A DNA stretch of 64,000 nt from Chiloscyllium plagiosum (taxonomy: Eukaryota), in assembly GCF_004010195.1 (NCBI RefSeq), contig NC_057728.1, positions 54,040,710-54,104,709 of the forward strand, written 5' to 3'. This document shows positions 62,986-64,000 of this stretch, piece by piece. Position numbers and translations under genes: made by a program. The notes under the pieces are model-generated. The model was given only the letters and a program-made list of their open reading frames with translations, ran no database searches and was not told the origin of the DNA. The first letter of the stretch is position 1. Every line of letters starts with the position of its first letter.

Positions 62986-63815
62986 GAGTCCAGAATGGGA
63001 CTTGGACCCAAGATTGTGGCTTGGAGATGGGGACATGCCACTAGATCTCCTCCAAAGAGGTTCATAACCTTGAAGGAGAAGCCAGTATTGATTTGGGGAG
63101 TGCGGATGCTATATGTGCTCCATTGTGTTATTGGTGTATATGGAGCAACACTTTTCCACTTCCTGGAGATCTTTACTCGCATTTTAAGGCTATTTTCACA
63201 TCCTTTTATTTAGAGCAGGTTTGTTCTCCTTAGGCATTTTCAAGCTCAATCTCAGACCTGAAAATCTCTTTGGTTGCCTCAAATGTTCTGTTTGAAACAA
63301 GGTCATCGCACCAGATTCTTTAAATCTTAATAATTTCCATTGTACCATGTTACATCATACACATGGAGGCAATGGCTGACGGTGACAGTGGAAAATCACA
63401 TTCCTTTTCATGTGAGATGGGAACTTTGTGCATGAATAGCTTGCCAAGTAATGGATCACTGGGAGTCATTGTGTGATGGAAAAAGCTGACACTTGCAAAG
63501 AGGGATGAGTTCTTTAACTGTATGATTTGGATATTTACTGTCTAAAATAAATTAAATTGGTCCCTAACAGCAGCATGAAATGGATTTGTAGGAAATTGGC
63601 AGTCATTTTTTTTTCACTACAACTGATCTTCTTTCCACAGAAGGTCATAGCATGACAGTTCAAACCTATGACCTGTTTCCATGTAAATTTTACTTGTTTT
63701 GATTTTTTTAAAGATCTTGGCACCGTTTTCCAAGCTAATAGCAAATAAAAATCAGCACAATTGAAATGTTAGTGATCGATTCACTGGGAGCTCCATTCCC
63801 TCAGCTATTGCAATT

Positions 63816-64000
63816 TGGCTCAGTGATTAGCACTGCTGCCTCACAGCACCAGGGTCCCAGGTTCAATTCCAGCCTCGGGCAACTATCTGTGTGGAGTTTG
63901 CACATTCTCCCTGTGTCTGCATGGGTTTCCTCCGGGTGCTCCGGTTTCCTCCCACAGCCCAAAGATGTGCAGGTTAGGTGAATTGGCCATGCTAAATTGC
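63816..64000 (+). mobile_element. HE1-type SINE (runs off window end)
   Basis: tggctcagtgattagcactgctgcctcacagc, GGTTCAATTCC and HE1 body. Confidence 0.88.

Noticed and set aside
62874..63213. Overlapping 102-aa and 91-aa ORFs
   Set aside because: No recognisable domain, partly PLE remnant, length within chance expectation.

Overview
Eukaryotic, repeat-dense, apparently intronic or intergenic DNA. The repeat complement (HE1-type tRNA SINEs, HER1/CR1 LINEs, Penelope-like elements) points to a cartilaginous fish, probably a shark; this is inference. No host protein-coding gene can be supported: nearly all long ORFs are retroelement-derived or low-complexity. Contents: two long decayed CR1 LINEs (9740-14450, 57795-60930), a second CR1-group LINE family (26165-29233), RTE, Rex1/Babar and Tx1 fragments, solo LTRs, a TA-flanked MITE, two SINE families, and about a dozen Penelope-like (PLE) fragments carrying minimal hammerhead-ribozyme motifs. 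The most unusual object is a young 1430-bp PLE insertion (54589-56018, perfect 14-bp TSD). It holds eight head-to-tail copies of a 129-bp piece of the RT coding region, an inverted endonuclease scrap and a hammerhead-bearing 3' end, which is the structure expected from rolling-circle or iterative reverse transcription. A second oddity is an intact minimal hammerhead between 118-bp direct duplications (19612-19935). All family names come from motif recognition by eye, not database searches; repeat boundaries without TSDs are approximate.
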